A DNA stretch of 63,469 nt, filler included, from Saprolegnia diclina VS20 (taxonomy: Eukaryota): NCBI RefSeq assembly GCF_000281045.1. It is 5 parts of 2 records of this genome, joined end to end, with 100 filler letters (N's around TTAATTAATTAA, not from the genome) between each part and the next. Parts side by side here need not be neighbours in the genome. Positions count along the whole stretch, not along the records: positions 29,248 to 58,262 come from NW_008246076.1; 4 more parts are not named here. One strand, 5' to 3'. Below the pieces are notes generated by a model. That model saw only the letters and a list, made by a program, of their open reading frames with translations, did no database searches and was not told where the DNA came from. A program made the position numbers and the translations under genes. Of this stretch, positions 37,526-50,288 are shown one piece after another; the stretch's first letter is position 1, and every line of letters starts with the position of its first letter.

Positions 37526-38251
37526 ATGAGCATCCCTGGCACGACCGTCGTCCTCGGCTACTGCGACTTGGCCGCGGCCGGCGCGCGCCTTCTTCATCAC
37601 ATCTACGTGCAAGACGCTGCGCTGCTTGAGAGCTCGCTGACCGTCTTGGGCCTCACCGTGGCCATCCGCACGTATGCCGAGACCAGCGTGAGCTTCGTCG
37701 TTGTCCGTGATCCGGTGCCCGACGCGCTCTGCACGGCCTTTGCCGCTGAGCTCACGGACCTCCTCGTCGGCAAGCGCGTCGTGCTCCTCACGGCGCCCAA
37801 CGTACCGCTCTCGAGCGCGGACGAGCGTTTTGTGTTTTGGACTCAGTACCACGCAACAGCACCGCTGAGCGGCCTCTCGTCGGCGCTTTTTCGCCCGATT
37901 CCGCTGGCCAAATGGACGCTCAAGGACGCCTTCCTCTGTGCGTGCTTGCACTTCTTCCAGGTGGAGGCGCTGCCGCTGACCGTGCTCCTCGTCCGCGGCT
38001 ACAAGTACACGGGCCGCGCTACGGACGGCTCGGCCGAGGTACTACATATCCTGTCCATTGAGCATGCAACGATGGATGCTTATGCAACGATGCCATAGGC
38101 GATTGCCAAGCTTGGCGAAGCGCTGCCTTCTGTGCTCCAGGCGCTTGACATGCCGACTGCATTTGAAGTCGATGTCAAGTCGGCGAGCGTCATGAAGATG
38201 CTTTCGATGCACCAAGCCGCGCGTGGCGAGTCAAGCGTCCTCTACAACTAA
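37526..38251 (+). CDS. Probable proteasome assembly chaperone (PAC1/Pba1-like), intron 38039-38098
   Basis: About 220 aa alpha/beta protein whose spliced C-terminus is ...GESSVLYN*, an HbYX motif. The CDS is well supported; the function is inferred. Confidence 0.55.
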
Positions 38252-38808
38252 TGCAACGACCCTTGCTTTGATCGCTTCCTCGCATGTATGCGTGTTGTTG
38301 CTACGTGCGACGCCGTATTGCAGCACCATGGGACAGGGACCGTGAGACGAGGGAGAAGGCGTTGACAGGGGCGCGCAACGGCCAAACCGCCGACAGATAC
38401 ACCTCTCCGAGACGCTGCTACACCGTGAACGCGTCATGCCGTTGCGACCCTAGAGCGCGTACCATGACGGCGGTGGCATCCACTTGGCGTTCTCACGCTG
38501 TCCCAGCGGCTACCAGCGCCATGCGGGAGTATACCGCAGCTTCCTTCATTGCAGCTAGGATAGCGAGCCCTACTGAGGACTTGTACACCAGAGTAGCTGG
38601 ACCGCGGATGAGGCAGCGCCGCTGATGGACGGTTGCGATCTGTGTAGAAAGTGCAGTGGATCATCCGGATACGTAACGAAAATGAGCCAATCGAGTGCGC
38701 GCGTGCCCGGTCGGCATCCGGATATCGCGAAATCCAAGCCAACGCCCGCGACGCCGGCTTCCGCCCGTTGGCCTTGACCTTCAGTCGCGACTCTTCTTCG
38801 ATCGACAC

Positions 38809-41800
38809 ATGTGGCAGTCGGCGCGCTCCACGAGCCGCGCGTGGACGCTCGTATGCGACAAGCTCTCGGCGACCGACGATCTGCTCTCGACGGCGGAGCT
38901 CGACGCACTCCTCGCCAAGGTCGCCTCGCTCCCGCTGCCGCCGCCACGCCTACGCTCGGACGACGTCGGCGGCACTTTGGCCGCGCTCGCTACCAAGGTG
39001 CCCACCAAGTCGGAGCTACTCGTCGCGGACTTTATGCTCGTGCTGCGCCACGTCTGCAAGGAAAAACTGCCGCTCCGGCCCGAGCACGTGACCATCGTGC
39101 TGACGTACTGCATGAACGCACTGCTTCACTGCCCGTCGTGGTAGACACATTGCATTTTATTGCATCCATAGAGGCACTCATGCCACGGGGCTAGGTACGC
39201 GGAGCCGACGCTCTCTGGTATGGCACTGCTATTGCGCGACAATGCCGACAAGTGCCCGTTGCTGCACGAGTCGATCGTGACGCACCTCGCGGCGTACCTC
39301 GACCCGACGAGCGCCGACGTGGGCGCGCGCTTTGCAGCGACGCAGTGCGTGGCGTACCTCCTGCACGCGTCGACCCTCGCGCCCCCACCCGCGTTTGCCC
39401 TGCGTCTCTGGACGACGCTGGTCGACAACTTTTTACAGCAGTGCCGCCAGCTCCGCGGCGACGTGCCCGGCGTCCAGTGGACCATGGACCGCATGTTGTA
39501 CAAGGTACGATCGGCGGCCGTGTCGAAGATGTTCTGAACCTGGCGGTAGACCTGCGCCGCCAGCCTCGAATGCATTTTGGCGCTCTTGCCGGCGCGAGAT
39601 GCCGACGACCTCGGTCAGCAAATGCAGTTTGCGCTGCCCAACGTCCTTGCGAGCTTGCGTCAGATTTTGGGTTCAATTTTTTTTCATTTTTTAGGATTTA
39701 CTCTGATTTTGGATGGGGTTAGGGTGTGGGCTCGTGCTCCAGGGCCCGACGGCTTCGTCGATCTCGGACTCGGACTCGGAGACACTCAAGCAGGGCATGT
39801 ACGACCGCGCTTTTGCTGTCATGGTCTCGATCCACGACCTAACGTAGTGGGCTGAGCGCACGCTTGCGCCACCTTGTCGTGCGCGTGCTGTGCGTCATTC
39901 TCAAGGTGTACCCCTCGAGCATCACGCCATCGATGAGTCTCTACCTGCCCGAGAGTCTGTCGCTGCACATGGTGCTGTACGACCAGTCGCCGTCGCTGTT
40001 GACGCTACTGATCTCGGACCCGTACGAACTCGTGCGCCTTGAAGCGCTCAAGTGGCTTGAGCTCTTGTGGCCGGCGCTCGAGCTGCGCCGCGACCTCACC
40101 CTCGCCAAGGCGCCGACGGCGACGACGTTTCGGTCGCGCTCGGCGACGATGCTCTTGATGATCCACCAAGTGCACATTGCGTTGCTCCACGCGATGCGCG
40201 TCGAGCCCGACATGGCGACGTTGGTTCAAATCCTCAAGGTACGCGCTTTTTTTGCATTTTTCAACTTTTTTTTGGTATTATTCTATCGCTCTAGACGCTG
40301 ACGCTGCTCGTGCAACAAGTACCGTACGGCCACGTGCTGCAGGAGCTCGCAAGCGCAACACCGCCGCTCGCCTCGGTCCTGCAAGCCATGCTCGTCCATG
40401 TCCACGCGCTCCTCTTTGCCTCGGGTACGTGAATAGCTAGGTACATAGGCAAACGATGAACTAGACCACTCGATTCGCGTCGCTGCACTGGCCTGCATGT
40501 CGAGTCTCTTGAGCACAAGCGAGCCGTGTGCTGTAATCTTGCGCTGGCTCGAAGGCGACCTGCTCCCGCTGACACTGCCGACGTGGTCTGCCAAGCGAAC
40601 GCCATGGACGGCCGCCCGCAAGACGCCGTTTTTGGTCGAGATGCTGGTGCAGGCCACAGCCAACGAGCCCCTTGCCGTGTCATTTCACCGTCTGGACGCC
40701 ATGGCGCTGCTCTCCAAGGTGGCCAAGAACTATGCGCCCGCATTGAGGTCCGTGTCCTTGCGTACTTGCGGTGGCTCACGCGATACTCTTGTGCTAGCCG
40801 CCATTGGCCGCGCTTGGCGGACTTTTTGTTGGTTGCGTTTCGCGACGTTGACCAAAACGTGCGCCTCCAAGCCGTCAAGATTTTGGAGAACTACATCAAA
40901 GGCGACACGGCCAACAACCACTACGTACGTGTATATGTCGATTGTATCAATGTATCAACGGGTACCACTAGCTGCCGTTTCTATCGACGCATGTGGTGCG
41001 CGCGTTCCAGGACCCGTCGCATCATGTCCGCGCCAGTGTCTGCGCGTGTTTTACGCTGCTGCGCGAAGCCGACTGGGCGACACTGTCGCTGGCGCCGCTG
41101 ACGAAAACGTTTCTTGCGACGCCCCTCGACGCGTCGGCGGTCGTCCGCGCCGCGGGCTTTCGTCTCCTTGGCGCACTCGTCTTGCTTCCCATCTTCAAGG
41201 TGCGTTGTTGTCGATATCATTTCTTATATTTTCTGATTTGTCTTTATTTATTTCTGATTTTCGTTTACATCTAGACGCCCAGCTTTGTGTCGCAGGTGGT
41301 GCGGCTAGGCATGCGCCTCGCGACCGACTCGACGCTCAACGTGCGCGTCCGCGTCGTGTGGGCCATTGGCAATGCGTGCACGACGCCCGGCCCCGACTCG
41401 ACTGAAGCCCAAGACATGTAGGGTTTGGGTAGGGTTTGGGTTTATGATGTATGCTGTGTTTCAGGCCCTGGCTCATCATGCTGCTCGAGCCGGCGCTTGT
41501 CTGCCACGTGCTCGAATGCATGCTCACGATGCTCGATGACAATGACAAGGTCGTGTCGAGTGTTGTCCGAACCATGGGTCTCGTCGCGCGCTGGCTGTGT
41601 GCGTCGCCGTACCTCTCGCAAGTCGCGCAGCGGAACGTGGCCGTGGCGCCAAGCCGACTGCTCGCGACCGCCATGGAGAGCTTGGCGCGCAAGATTGGCG
41701 ACGGGGCGCCCAAGGTACACGCTCGTTGCATCTGGGGTTTCTGTGTATTTTACACTGTATTTTTGTCGGTGGTAGGTGCGTTGGAACTCGTGCCACGCGC

Positions 41801-42523
41801 TCGCCAAGATCTTTCAGAGTCCCGAGCTGCCCGTGGCGTCAGCGCCGTGGACGCCGACCGTGTTTGCGGCGCTCCTCGGGGCCATCCAGCAGCAAGACAA
41901 CTTCAAGGTACCCACTCGCAAGCTAGAGGCGCACCCAGTCGATGCGTCGCTAGGTGCGGATCAGCGCAACAATGGCGCTCCGCGTCTCACTCACGCGCGT
42001 CTCGTACGGAGTGTTTTACGAGCCCATTGTGCTTGCGGTCGTCGACACGCTGGACGCGGCTGTGGAGCTCAAGGACATATCCGAGTTCAAGTACAAGGAG
42101 CAGCTCGAGCTCCAGTTGTCGTTTACCTTGCTGCACTTGGTGGGCGTCGCGCAGTCGCCGGCCGACGAGGCGCTGCTGGGCCGTATCTTTTCGCGCCAGT
42201 ACAAGAATTTTGTGTACGACTGGCTCTACCACCACCAGCACAAGATGGTACGACATTGCGTTATCTCAACAAGGGGTAGGGTTGTCATGCATGGTTCATA
42301 GTATGCGGCCATTTTCGGCGACGAAGGCGAGGCCAGTGGACCGCTGGACGATGGCCATGAAGTCAACCCGCTGAGCTGCACGGCGGTCGTGCACGCGTGC
42401 GACGTGCTCTACCGCGTCGTCCGCGACCACTGCCCGCACACGTCGGCGTGCCTCGGGCAAATCGCTGAAGTCAAGCTCATTTTTGAGATGGATCTCAACC
42501 ACCTCGACGGGTTTGAGTTTTGA
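38809..42523 (+). CDS. HEATR6: HEAT repeat-containing protein 6-like, many introns
   Basis: Spliced VRWNSCHALAKIFQSPELPVASAPWT...DNFKVRISATMAL and EFKYKEQL resemble the HEATR6 C-terminus. HEAT-like helices throughout. Confidence 0.8.
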
Positions 42524-42556
42524 GGTTGGCTTAACACGAAAATTTGCGTCATCGGC

Positions 42557-44035
42557 CTACAAGGACGTGGTTGTGGTCGTGGCGACGGCCGAGGTTTGCC
42601 GCAGCGCCACTTGCTCGGACGTGAGCGGCAAGTAGTAGAGCACGGGCTTGGTACTCGTTTTCCAAAACAGGTCTTCCATCGTCACGGGCGGCGCTATTGC
42701 AGGCGGCTCTTGAGGCGGTCTCGACACTAGAGTCTTGGGTCACGCAGTCGTACCTGGGAGCGAGGCGGCTGTCGGCTTGCCCACGGACGCGACCAACGTT
42801 GGTCTTCGTCGCAGCTCGGGCACCGGGTTCTAGCACGTCATAAGGACACACGCTACGGTGAGCGGCATACCGCGACTGCAATCATCTTGGCAGTCGATGC
42901 CGAGTAGTCGACCGAAAGAGTCTTGCCATGGTGGGCCGGCCACACGACGCCGTGGAGGCGCTGACGCGTCGCCGTCGCCTAGTTAGTCATGTCTCTAAAC
43001 ACAATAATGTCATCATTTGGACGCACAATTTCCGGAGTCGCAAACGTAACGTAGCAATGCGTCTTGATGCCATCGATCCAAAAGCCATGGTCCTCGACAA
43101 ACGAGCCGTCGGCTTGGACGAGCGCCTAGGGGTCGGGAAGTTGCAACGGTGCGGGACGTCGCGTCGTACGTGGACTGCGGGCAGCGTGAACGGACGAACA
43201 AAGTTGTCGATACGGAGCGTGCACGAAAGAGGGTTCCTACAAGCAAGTAGTACAGCGAATGCAAGGACAAGATAGCATGCGTACTTGGCCGGTGGCACGG
43301 ACATGACGACAGACGGTGTCGCTTCGACCTTGCGCTTCTTGGCTGGAGGTGCCGCCGTGTCGATATCTACACGTGTTGGTCGTTGATACGTTGATAGAAT
43401 GTCAATGTACCGGGGGCTGACGACGCAGCAACGTGGGGAGTCGACAGTACATCTGGCTCCGTGGTCATTGGCCCATCGGGCGTCGTATCTGCATCTACAG
43501 AGTCGGATCTGGTAGGTGGTTTGTTGTTCGAGGCGTCGTACGGGCTGGATCGTCGGTGTTCTCTTGGCTCGTCGTCGTCGCAATAGCCTCGGGTGCGACG
43601 GTGGCCGTCGGTTCCACTGGTTGTAATGGCTCGCTTGCAGTAGAAAGCGCCTCGTTGACCGGCGCCGCCTCTGCAGTCGGCGCGGCCGCTTCGTTGGCCG
43701 GCGCGTCCAGGTTGCAGTTGGACGCAGGAGCCTCTTCGCTCTCCGCAGGCGCATTTGACTCCTATCGCACGCAGTTTGTTTGGGCATGTCGACTAGGATG
43801 GAAGAGCGCGCACCTCGAGAAGCGCCACGAGGCGTGCCTTGAGCTCGGCCTATCCGCGACGCCATGGCCTCGCTCCCGCCGTGTGCACGAGTTCGTACCT
43901 TGGTCCCGCGGGTGGCAGCGCCGAGCTTCTGGAGCTCTGCCTGCAGCTTCTTCACCTAGGCGCCATGCGTGCGTGGGCAGTCCAGGCTCGACGCAGTCGT
44001 ACCGTCATGCGGTCGATGGCTTCCGTGCTTGGCAT
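42557..44035 (-). CDS. ACIN1: Acinus-like splicing/ASAP-complex protein (SAP + RRM + RSB motif), multi-exon
   Basis: SAP-like MT|VKKLQAELQKLGAATRGTK; RRM pieces LRIDNFVRPFTL, FWIDGIKTHCYVTF and LHGVVWP; RSB-like MEDLFWKTSTKPVLYYLPLT. Confidence 0.82.
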
Positions 44036-45084
44036 CGTCGAGGTGCAGTGAAATGGAGAGTGCTGCATTTGCGCCAATCACCGCACGCCATGCCGATATT
44101 CACCAATCACATGCGTTTGTGAGTAATCGCAAGCTGCATTATGCCCAATGGCCTGTCGATTCTATTGTAGGCGCGCTGTGATTGGATACAAAGCGTGGAT
44201 AATCGAAGATTTCGAGCGGGTCGTTGGCGTCGGTACGAGTGATTGATAAAGTTGTGCAGCGTTCACAACATTCAACAACAACACAAAGAACCGTGATGGA
44301 GTTGGCGGTCGTCGACGAAGCTGCACATCAAATTATGATGTGTAGCTTGGAAGTTTCTTCGTCTAAATCTCTAGGATCAAAGCGAAGGCTCCAGAAGACA
44401 GAGCATTACACTTGGTCATGTCATGTACTAGTATCTAACCATTGCAAACTCTAACGATACATTTTGACATGTTGTCGTTCATTCCCGACTGGAACCAAGA
44501 CGCCACAACATTAGGACGTGTNNNNNNNNNNNNNNNNNNNNNNNNNNNNNNNNNNNNNNNNNNNNNNNNNNNNNNNNNNNNNNNNNNNNNNNNNNNNNNN
44601 NNNNNNNNNNNNNNNNNNNNNNNNNNNNNNNNNNNNNNNNNNNNNNNNNNNNNNNNNNNNNNNNNNNNNNNNNNNNNNNNNNNNGGTACGGTCACTTTCT
44701 TGGGTGCCAACGTCATACACAAGCACACCATCGTAGCGCGTCGTGTAAATCGCACCTTGGATCGATACAATATTGTCTGGTACTACTGTATTGCAGCAAA
44801 AAGCAGCGGGCCCGACATGCCGCGTTCATTCGCCATGATACGACGACCTCTCGTAGCTTCGAGTATCTGCCATTGTAGTAGGTGAGCTCTAAGTGTCGAC
44901 TGTACTAGCCAAACGAGAGCTCCACTTTGGATAATCCCGTAATGCGAGACTCGGATTGGCAAACGTGATATCCGTCCAGTACAATCCACACACGGCAGCA
45001 ACTCTTTACAACGTTGTGCAAGCGACGATCACTTGCAGCTCCGGCCATCCCACTCACTGCCCACGCACAGGATGTGCCCACATT

Positions 45085-45100
45085 GCTCATTTTCGATTTT
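45085..45100 (+). promoter_or_regulatory. Oomycete initiator/FPR-like element of TRP-like gene A
   Basis: GCTCATTTTCGATTTT immediately 5' of ATG 45107. TCATTTTTGCATTT (~48606) precedes gene B. Confidence 0.7.
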
Positions 45101-45106
45101 GCAGCC

Positions 45107-47011
45107 ATGAGTTTTCAACCCTTGGAAAGCTCTACCGCCCGACCCGACCCACCGCTGCGTGGCCTTGAGGAAGCAAACACGGACGGTCGCCTGGCCCAAG
45201 GGGTGTCCATGATGGAGCTCGACACGCTGCGTGACAAAGTCGAGAGAGCTGCGAAGATCCTCAAGGTAGTACTCGTATCGATCTATTGTGTACGACACGA
45301 GATATCATTGGGCGATGCATTTCTAGGATCGCATCTCGATTGACGCCGATGCGTTTTCGAGCGATTTCGCCAACGTCCCTTGGGACAACCATTTAATGAC
45401 GCTCTTGCACCACGGAGACGAGTACATCCATGGAGACTCGATATCCTCGAAGATCAAAGCCGCGAAGAAGGAGCTTTTGATGCACCCCGTGATGCGCTAC
45501 GTCGTGTCTCTTGGGTGGCGGGTATGATACTCTGGACTCTCCGAGTTGATGACGTCGGTTCTAAAACTGCGGTATTGGTGTAGAAGTTTGGTCTGCGCAA
45601 GTACTGCGAGCAGCTCTTCATGCACTTGCTCTTGCTCTTGACGCTCACGGTGTCGCTCGGGCTCTCGCTGGGGACCGCGACAGGTCCCAAATTTGAGAAA
45701 GTCTTCATGTTTTGGCTCGTCTGCATGTCATTCCTTCTTTTGTCGCTGCTCGCGACGCGCTTCTTGACGTGGAAGAACAAGGTGCCGTGCGCTTGGCTGA
45801 CGCTCGTGCTGTGGTACGGCGTCGTCGCGGGCGTCCTCATTTACTACGACACGCTGCTTGAGCTTCTCGAGTCGCAGGAGCTGCCCAAAGCTAGCGACTT
45901 GGAGTGGTTTGGTCGCATCAACAACATTCTCCTCGGGCTCTCGGCGCTCTACTTTTGCATCTTTGAGCTCCGCGAGTTTGCGGCGGATATGCCGGACAAA
46001 GACGATCGCCGTGACATTCTCGGCCGCTGGCTCTGCGCTTTGGACTACATGCTCACGTCGATCATCAACTTGTTCAAGGGTGACCACCCGTCGCCGTACC
46101 TCGAGTCGTACTGGAATCGCATCCAGCTCCCAACCTTCTTCTTCGTCTTTGTCTACGTCGGCTGCGAGTTTACGGCGCCGTTCTCGGACAATATGCGTGT
46201 TTACGCTGGCATTCCGGCCATCTTGCTGCTCTGGATCATGTGTGTCCAGTACCTCGAAGTCTTCCCCGCCGTCGGGTACCTCCTCCCGATGATGCGGCGC
46301 ATGCTCGCCGACGTCGCTTGCTACTTGGTCTTTTATTTTCCGATCCAGTGCGCGTACTCGAGCGCGTACTACCTCCTCTTCAAGAGCCAGGGCGACCACC
46401 TCAAGCCGTACGAGCCCGAGCCAGCGTTCGCGTCGAACTTTACGAGTGCCATGCACCGCTTTTTCCCGGGCGTCGACACCTCCGACAACGCAACGACGAT
46501 GGCGCTCCTTACGGTCCTCAAGACCAAGGACAAGTCCGACATGTTCCTAGGCTACGAGACGATGCCCAAGAGCTTCCTCACCACGTACCTCGTCACCTTT
46601 GGCCAAATCAACTTGGAGCCGTTCGACCAGCTCGAGTCACCGTCGGCGTATGTGCTCGGCTACCTTCTCTTGGTCACGCACGCGACCATCGTGATCGTCA
46701 TGCTCCTCAGCGCCCTCATTGCGATGATGAACAAGACGATGGGCGCCCACATGGATGAAGCCAAGCTCGAGGCGTGCATCACATTCGCCGAGTGCGTTTC
46801 CCGTATGAGAAAGGTCGATACGATTACGGTAAGCAAGATCGATTGGGACAACCTGGGCTATCAAAAACTGTACGATGACACTATGGCCGATGACAAGTAT
46901 GACAAGATCCCCAGTAATCAAGAGCTGCTCAAGGCGATAACGGACCTTACCAAAGTTGAAGCTCCAGCCGAGGGCCAGGCTCGTCGGCGCAGTGCGGGAG
47001 GGTTAGTATAA
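45107..47011 (+). CDS. TRP-like cation channel A (no ankyrin repeats), 2 introns
   Basis: Pre-S1 LMHPVMRYVVSLGWR; S2-S3 FELREF...YLESYWN; S4-S5 YLEVFPAVGYLLPMMRRMLAD; pore TYLVTFGQINLEPF; S6 IVIVMLLSALIAMMNKT. Confidence 0.8.
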
Positions 47012-47688
47012 TCAATGCTAATGACGAGGCAGTTTTTCATGGACACGAGGACGTAGTTCATGGTGGATTCGTCCAGGTTGGCCTTGTAACGTGGGCCGCG
47101 ACAAGAAAGCATTTCCGCAACAGACAAAGCCAGCCAAGAGTATCGATTGAAACGCAGGCCCTCTTCAGCTGGATGGACCCTCTTACTCTCTCACCCGCGT
47201 GCAAAAGTACCATAAACTCTCACAATTATATGTTTCCCAACAGCGTCCTTTGCGTCGAGCGATTCCTTTCCAAAACACAGGCGCGGACATTGTGATCGAA
47301 AGATCATCCGCCACTATCAGGTATCATTATCCGGATCCGGTTCCGAATGCATTGCACGAGGAAGTGCGCACGAGCGCATGCAAATTGCAAGTCCCCAGAC
47401 AAAGTGGTAGTTCCGGCAAGCCATGCTCACGGCACTGTGTGCCGTTGCATATCTGTGCAGTCGGCAATAAGATTTGTTTCTGCATTTGCTTCTCAGTCTC
47501 AGTAGGCTCAGTAGCCACCACCAGCGATATGGCACAGCACATGGAATCGGTCGATGCCAGCAGCTTGCACGTACACCCGACGCCATTTCATAGCGCCAAC
47601 TAGGAGCGCAGAGGTCAACTTGCGCTGGTTGTAGCCTAGGCTATTGCATCAAGACTCTGCGAAGCGTCAAGAAGAGAAGTTCTTGTCG

Positions 47689-47760
47689 ACTTGTTGTCGT
47701 CTAGCAGTATAGACACTAGTTTACCACCAGGTTGATCCGGGCTCGAGTCCAGGGCCCCGT
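47689..47760 (+). pseudogene. Degenerate tRNA-derived element, copy 1
   Basis: gtctagcagtatagacactagtttaccaccagg...ccgggctcgagtccagg; homologous to 50606-50686; D-stem GTCT/AGAC and a decayed B box. Confidence 0.45.
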
Positions 47761-47889
47761 TCTGATTCGAAGCATGCCAAGGAGCTCTCCGACGAACAAG
47801 GGTCAATGCTAATGGAAACTTGATTCGATATTGAAGAAATCCACCCGCGACGCTCTCCTTTTTCAGCTGCTGCGTCACGACACCATGGC

Positions 47890-48300
47890 CGACGTGTCTT
47901 GGTTTGATACCGTTGGTTACAAGAGAAAAACGGTACCCCAACATGCGCATCACATCGTGCTGAAGTGACGGGTACGGGCACTCGCTGACCTATGTGATCT
48001 TATAAAATTCATTAGGCGTTTGTCTTTCGCATGCATTGCAAACACCTCTTCATGTGTACTGGCTGCTCGTCTCCACGACGATGATCTCGCGCTCGATGAG
48101 CCTCGGCGCTTGAGGATGCACCGCTGTTTGGGGGCAAATTTCACAACACGCTGTTTGATTGCGGAGAGCTTGGTCTTAAGTGGGGCTGCACTAGATGGCG
48201 TACAGTATGACGTAGGCGGATGCGCCGGCTTTTGGAGCCATCAGATCCCACCTCGGGTGAGGCTGCAGGACCTGTGGCATCGCGTCGGCAGTGTGCCAGT
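47890..48300 (+). pseudogene. Decayed TRP-like channel fragment
   Basis: cgtgctgaagtgacgggta...ttaggcgtttgtctttcgcatgcattgcaaacacctcttcatgtgtactggctgctc mirrors the gene B exon1/intron/exon2 junction, with a stop (TGA for TGG) and indels. Confidence 0.7.
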
Positions 48301-48646
48301 AGGGTGCTTACTACACTGAGAGAAGGCCGCCATGGGCGTACATGGATCCCCCAGAAATCCCACGTCGGGTCACTTCCGAACAGCCACCGTTGCGTTGAGA
48401 GTATATTCCCGTTCCTCACCAAACCGTGCATTAGATGATTGCCGAATCTTTATCCGGATCCGGATAAGTATGCGCTTGCCACTTTGCAGTATCTCGACGA
48501 GCGCGTGCAAACGACAAGTCCAGTTGAGGTACCTGTCCCGACATCGAACTCGGTGCAAATGATAGAACTGTGCACTGCAGCACACAGTGCAGTTGCCAGG
48601 ACGATTCATTTTTGCATTTGCCTTGTCTTTCGCATACAACAGCAGC

Positions 48647-50288
48647 ATGGACGCACCGCCAGCTGCCGCCTCGCTCATGCGCCCACCACCGCCTCCGCCC
48701 AACGCCCGGGCGGCGGGCATTCGACCAGCTCCGGTCATGACAAAGGCGAAAAGCATACGGGGCCTGCGCGGCGAGTCCAAGATGCTCTCCGACTGCATCC
48801 GCGACACGAACCAGCTGGACGACATTTTGACCAAGACCGTGACAAAGTCGCTTCTCTTTCGACTGCTGCACGACGACACGAGCAGCAATATGTCGTGGTT
48901 TCATCGCGAAGCGATTCAAGCTGAGAAGAAGAAGCTGTTGCAGCACCCCGTCATGCGTGTCATCGTGCTTCTTAAGTGGCGGGTATGTCACGCACTGCAA
49001 TTGGTTTGGACCTCATCGATGTCCTTAGACGTTTGGCTTTCGCATGTACTGCGAACACCTCTTTATGTACTGGCTGCTCCTCTTCACGATGATCCTCTCG
49101 CTCTCGATGGGCCTTGGCGTCGTCCCCGAGTCGACCTACCACGAGCTCCTCATCGGCTGGCTCACAACGTGCTCGTTCCTCATCATTGTGGCCTTTGCGA
49201 CGCGCTTTGTGGCGTGGGAGACCAAGTTGATCTGTGCCTGCGCTGCGATCGCGGTGCTTGGGTGCACCATGGGCGTCCTCCAGTATGCGTACGAGCCGCT
49301 TCGAAAGCGGCTCAGCTGGGAGATGTTTGGCCGCATCAACAACCTCCTTGTCGGGCTCTCGGCGCTCTACTTTTGCGCGATCGAGCTCCGCGAGCTTGCG
49401 GCCGACGTGGACAATGAAGATTTGCGCAAGGAGATGGGCCTCCTGAAATGGCACGGCGTGCACATCCCGCGCCATATGTGTTTCGCGGTGTGGGACGTGC
49501 TCCGTGGCCACAAGCCGACGCCGTACCTAGAGTCGTACTGGAATCGCATCCAGCTCCCGACCTTCTTCTTCGTCCTCGTCTACGTCTTTTGCGAGTTTAC
49601 GGCACCATTCTCGGACAGCATGCGCGTCTACGCTGGCATTCCGGCTGTCTTGTTGCTTTGGATCATGGGTCTACAGTACCTCGAGGTCTTTGGCTCGATC
49701 GCGTATCTCCTTCCGATGATGCGGCGCATGATTGCCGATGGGTACAGCTTTTTGGTCTTCTACTGGTCGATCCAGTGCGGCTACACGTGTGCTTACTACC
49801 TCCTCTTCAAGAGCCAAGGCGAGAACGACGCGTTCGCACCGTACAACTCACTCCCCGAAAGCTTCATCACGGCGTACCTCGTGACGTTTACGCAGATCAA
49901 TCTCGAACCGTTCCAGGCGTTGACGTCGCCGGCGGCGTATGTCCTTGGGTACACACTTCTGCTGACGCACGCAACGATCGTCATCGTCATGCTCCTCAAC
50001 GCACTCATTGCGATAATGAACAAGACCATGGGCGCGTACGTGGAGGAAGCCAAGCTCGAGGCAACCGTGACCTTTTCTGAGTGCGTCTTGCGCATGGAGA
50101 AGGCCAAGACGTTCGGCACAAAGCCCCAAGACTATGTTGCCGTCGTGGGCAAACGTCACATCTTCTTTTACAACGCCTTAGAAGAGACGCTGCGCCAGCT
50201 CCGCCACGAAAAGAACAAAGACAAGGTCGTGCTCGACGCGATCAAGGCCTACAACAGCGCGGTGCACTCGTTTCAACCGTTCGTCTAA
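48647..50288 (+). CDS. TRP-like cation channel B, intron ~48983-49028
   Basis: LLQHPVMRVIVLLKWR, YLESYWNRIQ, YLEVFGSIAYLLPMMRRM, pore AYLVTFTQINLEPF, S6 IVIVMLLNALIAIMNKT. Confidence 0.82.
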
